Notes under the pieces: generated by a model
Seen by the model: the letters and a program-made list of their open reading frames with translations, nothing else
The model's database searches: none
Told to the model about the DNA's origin: nothing
Program-made: the position numbers and the translations under genes
Shown here: piece by piece, positions 1-11,406 of the stretch
Numbering within the stretch: position 1 is the first letter of the stretch
How the letters are laid out: each line of letters opens with the position of its first letter
NCBI GenBank assembly: GCA_000002445.1
Contig: CM000208.1
Location: 96,001 to 160,000 of the forward strand
DNA: 64,000 nt
DNA from: Trypanosoma brucei
Lineage: Eukaryota
Reading direction: 5' to 3'

Positions 1-1
1 G

Positions 2-1057
2 GGGTTTGAGGAAGAGAAGGAACTACCGATTTCGGTTGACTCCATAGTTGCTGGTCGGTATCAAATGCTCCAATACCTCGACTCCGCTGCCTTTTCCCGC
101 ACTGTGCGCTGTATGGACTTACATGAGGATCGCGAAGTGTGCCTTAAAATCATACGGAACTCTAAGGACTTCTTTGATCAGAGTATAGACGAAATCAAGT
201 TGCTCAAGTTGATCAATTCTTCGGGTGATACAGAGGAGAATTGTGTAGTCAAAATGTATGATTTCTTCTACTACAAGGAACACATGTGTATAGTTACAGA
301 GCTTCTCCGCGATAACTTGTATCGGTTTAGCAAGTACAATCGTGACGAAGAGACGGAACTGTACTTTACACTACCCCGGCTTCAGGCCACCGCAAGACAG
401 GTTCTTACGGGGTTGCGATTCTTGCATAGTCTTGGTCTGATACACTCCGACCTCAAACCAGAGAATATTCTTATCCAGTCGTACAGTCGGTGTGCAGTGA
501 AAATAATTGATTTTGGGAGCAGTTGCTTTTTGACCGATAACCTCAGTTCCTACGTGCAGTCCCGTTGCTACCGGGCACCAGAGGTGATTCTTGGTTGTAA
601 GTACGATAGCGGCATTGATATTTGGTCTTTGGGTGCCATTCTTGCTGAACTGGCGACGGGTAATGTGTTATTCGAAAATAACTCGATTCCGCAGATGTTG
701 GCGTCTATTTGTAGCGTTTGCAACGAGTTGCCGTCGAAGCTTCTACACGAAGGTCGGAACACTCATCATTACGTTACCAAGTTTGGTGCGTTTTACGAGT
801 ATTGCGAAAATATGGATCTTATATTCCATTACCCTGTTCAAGGTACGCCGCTGCCGGAACTTTTTGGCTACGATGATCCCTTATATGTTGACTTCGTACG
901 CTCGTGCCTCACTTTAGACCACCGTCAGCGCCCTACGGCGGAAGAGCTTCTGAAACATCCCTTTATCCACAACGATTATGGAAGTGCATACAGTAAACCC
1001 CCACCTTTGAAGAAGCAGGTTGCCGATACAAATGGCATCAAAGACACGTCTATTTGA
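2..1057 (+). CDS. DYRK-family (CMGC) protein kinase; N-terminus runs off the window start
   Basis: The frame is open from nt 2 (GFEEEKELPISVDSIVAGRYQM...), upstream of the ORF-track Met at 65. Kinase motifs read directly are the VAIK-type Lys (CLKII), HSDLKPENIL catalytic loop, DFGSS, the DYRK-type activation loop SSYVQSRCYRAPEVILG, and DIWSLGAILAEL. The translation lines up closely with my recollection of DYRK2. Confidence 0.85.
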   Translation, partial: GFEEEKELPISVDSIVAGRYQMLQYLDSAAFSRTVRCMDLHEDREVCLKIIRNSKDFFDQSIDEIKLLKLINSSGDTEENCVVKMYDFFYYKEHMCIVTELLRDNLYRFSKYNRDEETELYFTLPRLQATARQVLTGLRFLHSLGLIHSDLKPENILIQSYSRCAVKIIDFGSSCFLTDNLSSYVQSRCYRAPEVILGCKYDSGIDIWSLGAILAELATGNVLFENNSIPQMLASICSVCNELPSKLLHEGRNTHHYVTKFGAFYEYCENMDLIFHYPVQGTPLPELFGYDDPLYVDFVRSCLTLDHRQRPTAEELLKHPFIHNDYGSAYSKPPPLKKQVADTNGIKDTSI

Positions 1058-1458
1058 GTCACAATCAGTTGAGGTGGTTTGGGTGCCTAATAAATTCCAT
1101 AGAATAGCGCAATGCTCTCTCTCTCTCTATCCTTTTCGTTTCATTTTCCTCTGGATTTACATATTGATCTTTTGTCCTTCACCCCCTTTTTAGTGTTGTC
1201 GACATCTGTATTTGTGAGTCGATGCGTCTGAATCGCTTGATGCAGAACAGCAGCAACAACGAAAAATTCTCATTTTTTATCTTTTACCCTTGTGTTGATT
1301 TTTGTTTTGTTTCGTTTTGAGTGTTTGTGTTTGTGTTGAAGTCATGAAAGGAAATTGTTATTGGTAGTCTGAAACGTCATGAAATGAGAGAAACATATGA
1401 GGAAAGACATGTGTGCACACTTGCACTTGCTTCCTCATTCTGTTGGTGCCTCTCTCCG

Positions 1459-1489
<31 letters not shown>

Positions 1490-1621
1490 GAGATGTTTTT
1501 ACGCATTCGCCCGTACATTTTTACAACTGCTGCCCGCCTGTGCACTCATTTCTGTAGTTGATGATGGGAAAAAGAGAGGACGTGCGTATATGTTTGTGTG
1601 TGTGCGTGTGTGTGTGTGTGT
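1459..1621. repeat. (TA)n at 1459-1489 and (TG)n at 1593-1621 microsatellites in the intergenic region
   Basis: Seen directly in the sequence; similar (TG)n and (TA)n tracts recur at 2058-2078, 8119-8149, 32869-32908, 43107-43126, 46317-46333, 47455-47477, 47972-47989, 62859-62875 and 62965-62984. Confidence 0.85.
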
Positions 1622-3382
1622 CGGGGAAAGGATGTGAAAGGAGTGAAGAGGGTTAAAACTGATGTTAGAGAGGAAGTGAAAAGTTTCGTATTTCTCCCTC
1701 TTCTTTTCTGGTGTTGGATGGGTGTTTTACCCTCCTTTTTTTCAGTTGATTAATTTCTTTTGATGCGCAAGCAAACGACTCAGTGGTGTGTTGTGTTTCT
1801 GTCCTTGACCCACTTTAGCCTTCACCCCCAAAAAAGTCGTGTGGCCCACTGGCGCCGCTCTCTCTTTTTTTTTTTTCGTCTTGTGGCGAGGTGAGACAAT
1901 ACCGGTCAAACGAGGCGGGAGTCATGAGGAGAATAAATAGGTTTTGATGTATTTTTGCGATGTGTTTTGGGAGTGTGACTAAAACCTGTTTTGACGGCAT
2001 TTGCTCGCGTGCCTTCTATTAATTTAATGTTTGTATACATATGTATCTGCGTATATGTTTGTGTGTGTGTGTGTGTGTTTGAGAAAACATGTAATGTGAA
2101 ATCTCGTCTTTTTCTTTACTTTTACCCTTTACTTGTTTTTTGTTTTCCTCCTTGTATACCTTTCATAATCATGGTATTTATCTATAAACTTGTGTTCCGC
2201 GGAAGTTTCTCCATTGGGTAAAGGGGTGGATGGAGATATTTTGCTTTTCTGTGTGAACTCATGACAGTATGGAAGGAATTTTCAACCATGCTTTTGTTTT
2301 GTTTTACAGAGAGGGATCAAACGAGAAGAGGGGTGGAAATAATTCAACATGTGACGAAGAGGAGAGGGAGGTGACAAAAAGCAAGAAAACAAAACGGGAA
2401 ATATCGACGGTATGGTGGATTCTGCTCTTTTGGTTTCGCATGCATTTGCTACAAGAAGGTTGCAATACACATCTCTCTTTATTTCTCTCTCTTTCTTTCG
2501 TTTTCTTTATTCTCCTTCTGTGGTGATGGCGCAACTGCACAATTTGTGACGGTATTGAAGTGGAGGAACGGGTGGAGTGATGTGACGTGATGGAATAGGA
2601 ACGGGAAGGAATGATGGGGAGCCCCAAATGATAATATTGGTAACAATTCAGTTAACCATCCTTTCCAAGCTGATTTGGATTACTTGATTTCTTCTTTTCC
2701 TTTTTTAAATGTCCCTCTTTCTCATTTCTTCTCTTTTTTTTTTCTTCTTTTACCCAACTGTTGATTGCTTGCTGAGCTTTCCTTTTCCCCAAATGTAAGG
2801 GCATTTGATCCTTTTGTAAGCTGATATTTTAAGTGTCGTTATGCTTGGACTTGCAGTGGCAGTGTTGTTGTTATTGTTGTTATTGTTGCTCATGAAAAGC
2901 AACGGATAGAAGGCAGTCGCGTGTACCCCCTGTTACTACTACCGCTGCAGTTACGTGTGGCCCCCTCCGAGTTTGACTTAATATTACAGTGTCAATGACT
3001 CAAAAAAAAAATAATAATATAAAAATTATATATATATGATAATGAAAATAATGCGGCGCTTCTAACCTGTTTCATCTTCCACATTTTCTTTCTGTCCCAT
3101 TTTTTTTCCTCTTCTCTTATTGTTGTAAACGTTACTTTCGAGGAATTTGTTTCGTTTGAGGTTATCGCCTATTTTGGCTAGTGGTAACCTCCATCGCAAC
3201 TGTGACTTAGTCATAACACTGCACTCAAGAAAGTAAAAGAGCATAAAGTAGAGAGCAGGAAAATAGACTGATTAGAAAAAGGTGGGCACAGGAGGAAGTA
3301 TCAAAATATTTGATTCCTCTACACTGTGTAGTTTCATATCTAATTTGCCATTTGAGTGTGGTGCCACACAACTTACTTTATT

Positions 3383-4294
3383 ATGTTTAGTCAGAAGCCG
3401 CCACCACCGCGTTACGTTCTCAACGTTGACACGGGTAAATGGAGCAAACAGGTTGTGGTACCTGAAACCAAACCCAAAGAGTCGATGCCAAATATTCAAA
3501 GCACACTTGACCTTCTGCTCTACCACGCCATGCACACCGCCAAAACCCAGTTGGAGGAAGAGGGAAAACGGACTCGAGTGGTGCCCGATGTTGCAGGTCA
3601 GATTGCAACTTTTGAGGCTCGTCACAACATTCACGCAAATGCACTGCGCTCCTTCTCTCTTTCCAGACGAGGTGGTTGCTGTTCAAATCCTGTTGTTGGA
3701 CTTCTTTGCGGTATTCCACTGTACGATGTCTATACTGCGCTCACTAAAAGAAAAGGGGAGGAATGGGATACGTATGGAGGGGAGCCCGACCCAAATAAAC
3801 TCCTGCGTTTAAGTTTAGATGAACTGTTTGATGTATGCACGAGCCTGGTAAAACCAATGGTAAACTATAGTTATGTTCGAGACATGTTTACCATGCTTCC
3901 ATCTGATGGTGAGGATGATGACAACAGCGTACCTCTATCGTGTTTTTTTTCGTTCCTCGTAGAAAACGCATTTCATCCAACGTTGAACCGAAACGTGGAA
4001 GCATTGTTCCGTGCATTTGACCCCGAGGGTACCGGAGTCATATCCGAGGCTACACTTGCTTCTCCTGTGCTCAACGCTTTTGCAGAACTGAATCTTTTTG
4101 GACATTTGCGCGGGGAATGGGAAAGGATGGCTTCAACGCTGGAGATTGTGGGAAATATTGATTACCGCATCGTAGACAATATTCGGCTTCTTACGCCGGA
4201 GGCCACTCGTGCGGTTTTGTGTAGTTCCCCCATTTTGTATGACGCGATGGAAAATGTCGATTTAGACGGCTCTAAGCTTAAGGTGTCTTCGTGA
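3383..4294 (+). CDS. hypothetical protein with a degenerate EF-hand-like loop
   Basis: The ORF-track start at 3356 is GTG, and the first ATG is at 3383 (MFSQKPPPP...). The 303-aa ORF contains FRAFDPEGTGVISEATL, which resembles an EF-hand loop but is non-canonical. It sits in the + strand gene array. Confidence 0.5.
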   Translation: MFSQKPPPPRYVLNVDTGKWSKQVVVPETKPKESMPNIQSTLDLLLYHAMHTAKTQLEEEGKRTRVVPDVAGQIATFEARHNIHANALRSFSLSRRGGCCSNPVVGLLCGIPLYDVYTALTKRKGEEWDTYGGEPDPNKLLRLSLDELFDVCTSLVKPMVNYSYVRDMFTMLPSDGEDDDNSVPLSCFFSFLVENAFHPTLNRNVEALFRAFDPEGTGVISEATLASPVLNAFAELNLFGHLRGEWERMASTLEIVGNIDYRIVDNIRLLTPEATRAVLCSSPILYDAMENVDLDGSKLKVSS

Positions 4295-4835
4295 GTTATT
4301 GCAAGTTACGCAGCCCTTGTGCATCAATATCTTGTGGTAAAAGAAAGGGGAGGGGAACTCGTGTAGCGATATCTCGCATTTCATTCACCTTTTGTTTCTT
4401 GCCAGTTATGCCTGTGCCGTGTTCTCGCTTCCTGTTGGATTTGTTGTGTTTGCACTTATATCCTACCCTTCTGGCGTCGTCTTTGTTCGTTAGTGGGTAC
4501 TGTTGGCAAGGGAATGTTTGCAGTTGTAATGTATGTGTTATGTCGTAATGTGAAATGTTTACTTCTCCCGCTCGTGGGGTAATAAAATTTCAAGTTCCCT
4601 CTATTTCAATTGCGTGATAGCCTCGTGCTTGCGAGCCGATGTTCGTTGAACTAAGGGAAAAAACATCCCCACAATGGCGTATCTTCTCTACCTCGTACTT
4701 TTCCCTTTTCCTCTATTCTTTGGGGTTGTATTACATGTCACTTTTCTCCCACGGGTGCATGTATGTGCATAATATAGAAAAAAAAACTGTATTTTAAAAA
4801 AAGAGAAAAAAATTGAGAGTGGCTGGAGGAGCGGG

Positions 4836-5375
4836 ATGGAAGTTGCTGCGGTTGCGAGTGCTCCCTCGGCTGAGGAAGTGAGCGAACTGAGGAAGCATAC
4901 GCGTCTGTCAGAGGCTCAAATCACTCGACTGCATGAGCGTTTCACGGCACTTGACCGGTGTGGAAAAGGTTTGATTTCCCCGAGTGATTTTCAGTCAATA
5001 GCATCCGTGGCGTCCAACCCTCTTCTTAGTCGAGTGCTTACTGTGGTTAGCAGTAGTGGTGATGGAAACATTAGTTTTGTTGATTTTGCGAAGGCATTCG
5101 CTGTTTTTCTCCCACAGACCGATAGGCAGGAAAAGCTGCGCTTTACGTATATGATGTATGATATCGACGGTGATGGCAAAATCAGTAACAGCGATCTCAT
5201 GGAGGCTCTCAAAATGATGGTAGGCCCGAACTTAACAGATGTGCAGCTGCAACAGATAGTAGACAAAACATTTATTGAGGTGGACTTCAACCGGGACGGT
5301 TTTATCACGTTTAGTGATTTTGAGAAGCTTTCACTTCCCATCAGTCTGGATAATGCCCATGTTCTGCAGTTTTAA
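4836..5375 (+). CDS. calcineurin B (PP2B regulatory subunit), EF-hand protein
   Basis: The 179-aa protein starts at an ATG. It carries the EF-hands YDIDGDGKISNSDLMEALKMMVG and VDFNRDGFITFSDFEK. The stretch NPLLSRVL...QEKLRFTYMMYD...LTDVQLQQIVDKT lines up closely with my recollection of calcineurin B (NPLVQRVI...KEQKLRFAFRIYD...LKDTQLQQIVDKT). Confidence 0.85.
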   Translation: MEVAAVASAPSAEEVSELRKHTRLSEAQITRLHERFTALDRCGKGLISPSDFQSIASVASNPLLSRVLTVVSSSGDGNISFVDFAKAFAVFLPQTDRQEKLRFTYMMYDIDGDGKISNSDLMEALKMMVGPNLTDVQLQQIVDKTFIEVDFNRDGFITFSDFEKLSLPISLDNAHVLQF

Positions 5376-5983
5376 ACAAATGGAAGCGTGTGGTATCACA
5401 TGAACCTGACATAACCTAATGCAAATAATTTACACGCATATGTAAAAGGCCGCGGTTTATGTGGTGTTTGTGCCTGCGGGTTCCATTATCCCCCCCGCGC
5501 TTCACACCCTTGGGGGGGGGGGGAATGAAAGTTTTGTGTTGCATTTGCTGCCCAGTAGCAGCTGTTGGTGCATTTCCTTAGCTCGCCTGTGCACCGTGGT
5601 CAGATATGCGCTGAAAGACCTGGAAAGTTTTTGCTGGGGAGGGGTGTTAGACGTGTGGAATATCTATGTGTCAAGGGCCGGATGAACGTTTCCTTTTACT
5701 TTTTCGTTTTCCTCCGTCGTTTATCATCCCTAATCCCATTTTGCTCGTTTTATTCGTCTTACCCCCCTCTCTCTATTTGCGTACCTTTGAAACTGTGTCG
5801 TCGCGCAGCATTTTTGTTTCTTCTGCTCCTCTTTTTTTTTTTCTTTTGGCCCGTTCCCCTTCTTTTTATGTAATTTACAACGGTTTGTTTTCTGTTTTCT
5901 TCTAATTTTGATTATTATTATTCACTTTGGTTATTTTGCATACGCACTGTGGCGAGAGGAGTCTTTGAAGTGGAAATACTACT

Positions 5984-7012
5984 ATGCTCCGCCGTAGTGA
6001 TTTACTGCTGAAAAAGGGTTGGACTCATAATCCCGGTCGTACACGCCGTGGTGGGAAAAATCTCGCGTGGCGCCCAAAAATGTCGGAACGTACGCTCGAG
6101 CAGTTTGTTCCACTTCACCTCGCATTCCCTCGAAGGCACCCAAACAGTTGGCAAGAGAGGCAGTTCCACCTCCTCGGTTACGTCAAATGGCCAAAAGAAA
6201 TTGGTTTCTACAATGCTGGTGATAACTTTGAGCTTACACCACAAGCAGCATATCGTATTTACAAACAAAACTGCGACGAGACCTTTTGGACGAGGTTGCA
6301 TAATGAAAAGACAATTATTCATTTACTTCCACTGGTCGAGCAGGATCCTGGGACCAACATGGTGCTCGTTGATGATATTTTTCGTCACCACCTTAAGCGT
6401 TTTGGTGCCGATCATTATATTTACAACGCGGTGATGCAAGCGGCTGCATTTGCAAAAGATTTCCCCCGCTGCGAGCAATTATTAGCAGAGATGCGCGGCC
6501 TTGGCCTTGAGCCAAACGCACAATCTTACGTCAACATGATGTTGGGTGCGCGCCTTACAGGAAAACCTCGGGATCAGGCGGAGGCTTTTTTCCGTGAAGG
6601 TATCAAAACAGGTGCCATTAGTGCTGTAATGCGTCTCGACACTGAATTTCAAATGTGGATGGACCAATTGGAGCGACTCGGTTCCTTCAAAGCGAAGGTC
6701 GGATACCTGTCAGTTAATGAGGAAGGCGCTTCTCCGATGCCTCGTGACATGTGGGCATTATGGGGTTGGCATCGTACCGAGGCGAAATTTATTAGTCGTA
6801 AGCAGATGATTTCTGAGCAGGTACAAAACCGTGTGAGGAGTGGCAAAGAGTTGGTGGGAACAGTTTATCAAAAAGCTCGTCGGCAGCCATGGGCAAAATA
6901 TAATGGGATGTTTCCGTATGATTACAACGGCCCTGCACAAAGACCCGCGGCTTCCTTCGTGGACGCTCCAACTCCAACACATAACGCAGAGGTTTGTGGA
7001 ACTGCATATTAG
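5984..7012 (+). CDS. PPR-like (pentatricopeptide-repeat) protein, probably mitochondrial
   Basis: The 342-aa ORF has a basic N-terminus (MLRRSDLLLKKGW...) consistent with a mitochondrial presequence. Two adjacent ~35-aa helical-hairpin motifs fit the PPR pattern: YNAVMQAAAFAKDFPRCEQLLAEMRGLGLEPN followed by AQSYVNMMLGARLTGKPRDQAEAFFREGIKTG. Confidence 0.5.
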   Translation: MLRRSDLLLKKGWTHNPGRTRRGGKNLAWRPKMSERTLEQFVPLHLAFPRRHPNSWQERQFHLLGYVKWPKEIGFYNAGDNFELTPQAAYRIYKQNCDETFWTRLHNEKTIIHLLPLVEQDPGTNMVLVDDIFRHHLKRFGADHYIYNAVMQAAAFAKDFPRCEQLLAEMRGLGLEPNAQSYVNMMLGARLTGKPRDQAEAFFREGIKTGAISAVMRLDTEFQMWMDQLERLGSFKAKVGYLSVNEEGASPMPRDMWALWGWHRTEAKFISRKQMISEQVQNRVRSGKELVGTVYQKARRQPWAKYNGMFPYDYNGPAQRPAASFVDAPTPTHNAEVCGTAY

Positions 7013-7548
7013 TGAGGTGTGTTTGCTCTCTTACGGAGGGAAGGGGGGGGGGGGTTTCATGGGACGTTTTAACCAGGCGGTAGCGTTTTAGTTTGGAAGG
7101 ATGCGAAATGGCAATGTGCTACAGCTCCTAAGGTTATATTTTGTGCATGGATGTGCAATCTTGTGCCGTGTTTGGTCCCTTGGATTTCTTCTCTTTTTGG
7201 TTGGTGGTATCGTTGCATGGACACATGCGCTTTTACTTTTTTTGTTACCTTCAGTGCACGTAATGTACGTGGTCGATTCGCTTAAGCCATCCGCATGCGA
7301 ATATGTATTATTGACTTACTGTTGTTTACCCTTCCTCTGGTTGCAAGATAATACTGTCAAAAGCTGCACGCTGCTGTACCGTAAGCAATAGTGCTTTAGG
7401 AGGGCCGGTAAAAAGCAAAAAAAACAAAAAAAAACAGTCCGTTATATATATAGAGAGAGGGAGAGGGGGAGAGAGAAATATAAAAAAGAAATATTGAAGC
7501 ACTCATTTACCTTACGGAGTTACACACATCAAAGTTCAAGGAAACGAC

Positions 7549-7998
7549 ATGTCCGTGCGCATTCGCTTTATTCTTACAGGCGCCTGTCCTCCGTCCTACT
7601 CTGGCAAGCAGGTTCAACTTAACTTCCCTCTTGAGGATGAAAATGGGGCACCCACAACAACAGCTCACCTAAAGCAATTGATTCGTACGCAGTGGCCAGA
7701 AAATATGTCAGAAATGAAAGAAGTTGTTGAGAAAACTGAAATGAGAGTCCTTAAAACTGGAAACCTCCTCTCAGATGATACCCAAATTCGCTCTGTCCTG
7801 ACGGCTACAGAATTAAGCGAGTGTAGCATTAACCCAAGTGCTGAAGGGAGCGGCCGAGCAGATGAGGATCAGAAATCAGTTCTGATGCATCTAGTTTTTC
7901 AGAGCAATCAAAGTCAAGGCAGACAAAGAGATGGCAGCGCAGGTGGAGGAAGGCGTGATAATGCTTCCCATGATAGTGGTTGTTGCACCATGCTGTAG
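7549..7998 (+). CDS. membrane-anchored ubiquitin-fold protein (MUB/UBL3-like) with C-terminal CaaX prenylation box
   Basis: The 149-aa protein starts at an ATG. Its ubiquitin-like core (IRFILTGA..GKQVQLNFPLED...LKQLIRTQWPEN...MRVLKTGNLLSDDTQIRSV...VLMHLVFQ) resembles the UBL3/MUB family (WP motif, MHLV). The protein ends in CCTML-stop, a CaaX box of the CC-aa-L type like UBL3's CCVIL. Confidence 0.7.
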   Translation: MSVRIRFILTGACPPSYSGKQVQLNFPLEDENGAPTTTAHLKQLIRTQWPENMSEMKEVVEKTEMRVLKTGNLLSDDTQIRSVLTATELSECSINPSAEGSGRADEDQKSVLMHLVFQSNQSQGRQRDGSAGGGRRDNASHDSGCCTML

Positions 7999-8118
7999 AA
8001 AATATGCTCAGATGGTTCATTGCTTTTTTTTTGTTTGTCCCCTCCTCTTCCATCGTCATCCGTCTCTTCTTTTCCTTTGCGCTTCTCTCCTTTTCTTCTC
8101 TTTACTTGCTTGTTTTTC

Positions 8119-8149
<31 letters not shown>

Positions 8150-9721
8150 CCATCTCTCCAAATATGTTACCATCACCATTACGTTTTAATGGGTTGTAAC
8201 AAACTTCCTGCACAGGTGATTAGGGTTTAACTCTATATTTCATAAGGTGTGCGGGAGTACTAAAGGAAAAAAAAAGTAACAATAGTGGAGAAATGGCGCC
8301 CTGTCACTCATGGATAATATTAAAGTGAGTGTTTCATTGTTTTGTCCCTCTTTCCTCTGTGTGTGTTTGTGAATGGGTGTCAGTAAAGAAAAGAAAAGGA
8401 AGAGGGAAAGGATGCGGAACAATTACAGAAATGAAAATGGGCACGTCCGCACTGGCACAGAAAAAAAAAGCGAGAGGAAATGTGTGAAGTGAAAATATCA
8501 AGAGGAAACACACATAAACAAAAGAAAAGAGCAGGGGGACGGGGGGGGAAGAAAAGAAGAACTGTTGAAGCTCAACGGAATCAGCTAAGGTGAAAAGAGT
8601 GCGTGAGGTGAAAGTGTGGAGAAAAAGTTTATTTCTGCATATGTGTGTACATATTCTGTAGAGAAGGGGATGTTACCATCACCTCCCGGCATTTCATTCC
8701 CCCCAAATATTGCATACAGCTTTACTGCTTTACTGCTTTCTTTCTTTTTTTTTTATATATTGTTGATTGTATCTTTTTCCACACCCGTGGTTTGTTTTGG
8801 CAGTATTTTACAATACCTGTGGGAGCTTCTTTTGCGCCACCACGGTGACATATTTCGCCTTTGTTCGTACTATTTTTGTTTCGTCCTTTTGTGATTAATA
8901 CTCTGCTGCTTCTGAATGTTGAGTGGGAGATGAAATTTGTACTCACCGTGTGGGTTTGTCTACGCATACGTGTTTATGTTTGTGTTTGTTTTAGAGAAAA
9001 GAAGGAGGAAAAAATACATTGAAGTTCTTATATGTGTATGAACGTGTTTGGGAACCTTTCGACACCGCCACTATTTCCCAGTTTCCTTCTTCCTTTTCTT
9101 TTCTTTCTTTTTTTTTTTTAAACCTCATCGAGCGAATTGGTGCACATGCGAATTCGTATATCTGTTTCTGCTGCCTCGTTATGCGATTTTACGTAGGGGA
9201 ATTATGTACGGTGAAAGTGTGATGAAGGGAAGGTCTATGGGGCTGAGGAGGAAAAGAAAAAGGAAGAGAAATCAAGATGACTACACAACACTCTTTTCCA
9301 ATGCTGTTTTTTTTTTTTGAAGTATGTGTATGTGTATGTGTAAGTGTGTGTGCGCGTATATCTTATTGTGACGAATTTGTATGCGCAGAAACCCTTCCAT
9401 ACGCAATATTTAATCCATTCTCTCTCATTGCTATGTTCTCGTGTTTAGTCGTGAACTTTAGGTACTTGTATTTCATATGTGTGTGCTTGCCTTTGTGCAT
9501 GTTTTATGCAGTGTGGTATATTTTGTAGCTGTGAACATACTTGTAGTTTCTTTCCTTCTCACTTTTATATATATATATATTTTTAGTTCTGTTGACAATA
9601 CCACTAAAAAGGGGAGTGTGGGAGTGTGAAGTAGGTTAAGGTAGTGAAAAAAGGAAGTAAAACATAAAAATCCCGCTGGCTCCCCTCTTTTCCCCCTCTT
9701 TTGCTCATCCGCTTCATTGAG

Positions 9722-10201
9722 ATGTTGGAGTCTTTTGAATTTGATCAGGAACGAAAGGAGGCGTTAAACACAGTGGCGGAGCTAATCGCTTCAACTATTG
9801 AGGGAGCTGAGTCACAAGATGTTCACGATGTACTTTCGTCATCCCTTCATTTGCCTCATAACTGGCAGGAAATTGTTCAGAAAAGGGCTGAGCAAAGGCG
9901 TAAACTCAGTGCTACTTTTACTTTATTTTGTGAAGAAACAATTGCCACCCCGTCAACGGATGGAAATGCCGCTCTGGATATTAGTGAAGCGCCCGCAACA
10001 TGTTTCTTACCGGAGTTACGACCCAAAACAATGCCACCCGTTACAACTTCAGCGACACGCGGGTTTGAGTGTCCCAGTTGTGGAAATCATTGGGATGTTG
10101 TTGACGCCCGTAAATCACTGCGCAATAGCAACACATCTTCTGCTGTGCGAGAGTTAAGTAATGCTGATGTTGGATTTTGCCCAGTGTGTGAAGATATTTA
10201 G
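9722..10201 (+). CDS. hypothetical protein with C-terminal CxxC...CxxC zinc-ribbon-like motif
   Basis: The ORF-track start at 9701 is TTG, and the first ATG is at 9722 (MLESFEFDQ...). The C-terminus carries CPSCGNHW...CPVCEDI, two CxxC pairs. The ORF sits on the same strand as the flanking genes. Confidence 0.4.
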   Translation: MLESFEFDQERKEALNTVAELIASTIEGAESQDVHDVLSSSLHLPHNWQEIVQKRAEQRRKLSATFTLFCEETIATPSTDGNAALDISEAPATCFLPELRPKTMPPVTTSATRGFECPSCGNHWDVVDARKSLRNSNTSSAVRELSNADVGFCPVCEDI

Positions 10202-11406
10202 TTAAGTGTAGTCATATCAGTTGGTTCCTTTCCCCCATTTCAATACATTCCTTTTCTTTTCTTTTTCACTTTTCCCCCTTTAAAGAGAGAAAGAGAGAGC
10301 GGGATGGAGGGAGCGAAATATTCTTTTTTTTTTTAAAAAAAAAGAAGATGATCAACAATTCTTGCTGAAGTGGGGGCAGTGAGAACATGTGTATGTATGT
10401 GTTTTGTCTGGGGAGAGTTTATCATATGAGAGCAGTTAATTATGTTAAGGCAACAATTTTCAATGCCAATATCAGATCATGAGTGAACGACAGCGGGCTC
10501 TACATAATTACTGCGTTACCAACATATGACATACACCTACAATGGCGTGTATGGTTATAAGTTTTTTTTTTTTCATGGAGCAATTGTGTGTATTATTATA
10601 GAACACAATGCAAAGAAGATATTATAAGATTCTCTGTGGTTCCTCCTTTTCTACCGTTTTTTTTAAATTGTTTTCTAACGCTAATGCCACGTCCAACAAT
10701 ATCATTCTTCAGACGATACGCCCTGATCGAAAAAGAGGAGTAAGAAGGTGGTGGAGTTTTTTTTTTTAAAAACTTGTTGGAAGCCAGTGGTGGATGCTGC
10801 GGTTTACAACTATGATTTGTTTTAGACGCATTGCCGCGTGATCCGTTTGTGCGTCTTTGACACTTGGTGTTGGAGTCCTTCAGCGCTTCATTGGCGGTTT
10901 CGCCTTCAAACATAAACGTACGAATATATTTATATTTATATATATGCACATATACGTTCACACATATAGATATGTAGAGATAAATATGTTTTAATGATCA
11001 AGTCACATGTGTGGGGAATGAAGGTGCACATATTTGACTTATATTATGCTTGCATGAAACTCCTCACGTTGAACCATCTCAGTGGTGCCGTGGTGAGGGA
11101 ATGCTGTGCATTGATCAATCAAAGTTTCTGATTGGTGCTTACCACCACTTTCTTGAGTAAACAACGTTTGGTATTCTTTTTTTTTAAATATTGTAATCCT
11201 CTTGGATATTTTCTCTTTTCTTTCCTGTTTTTTTTTCTTGTCCTCACTTTGTAGGTTAGTGGAAGATTTTCGTCCACTTTTCCACGTGTACGGCGATTCT
11301 TTGCTGTTATTGTTATTGTTGTTGCTTTCTTTCTTTTTTTCTTTCTTCTGCCAAAACCTTCTGGCCATTGTTGATTTGGACGCGGCCACGAGGTGGTGTC
11401 GGCCGC

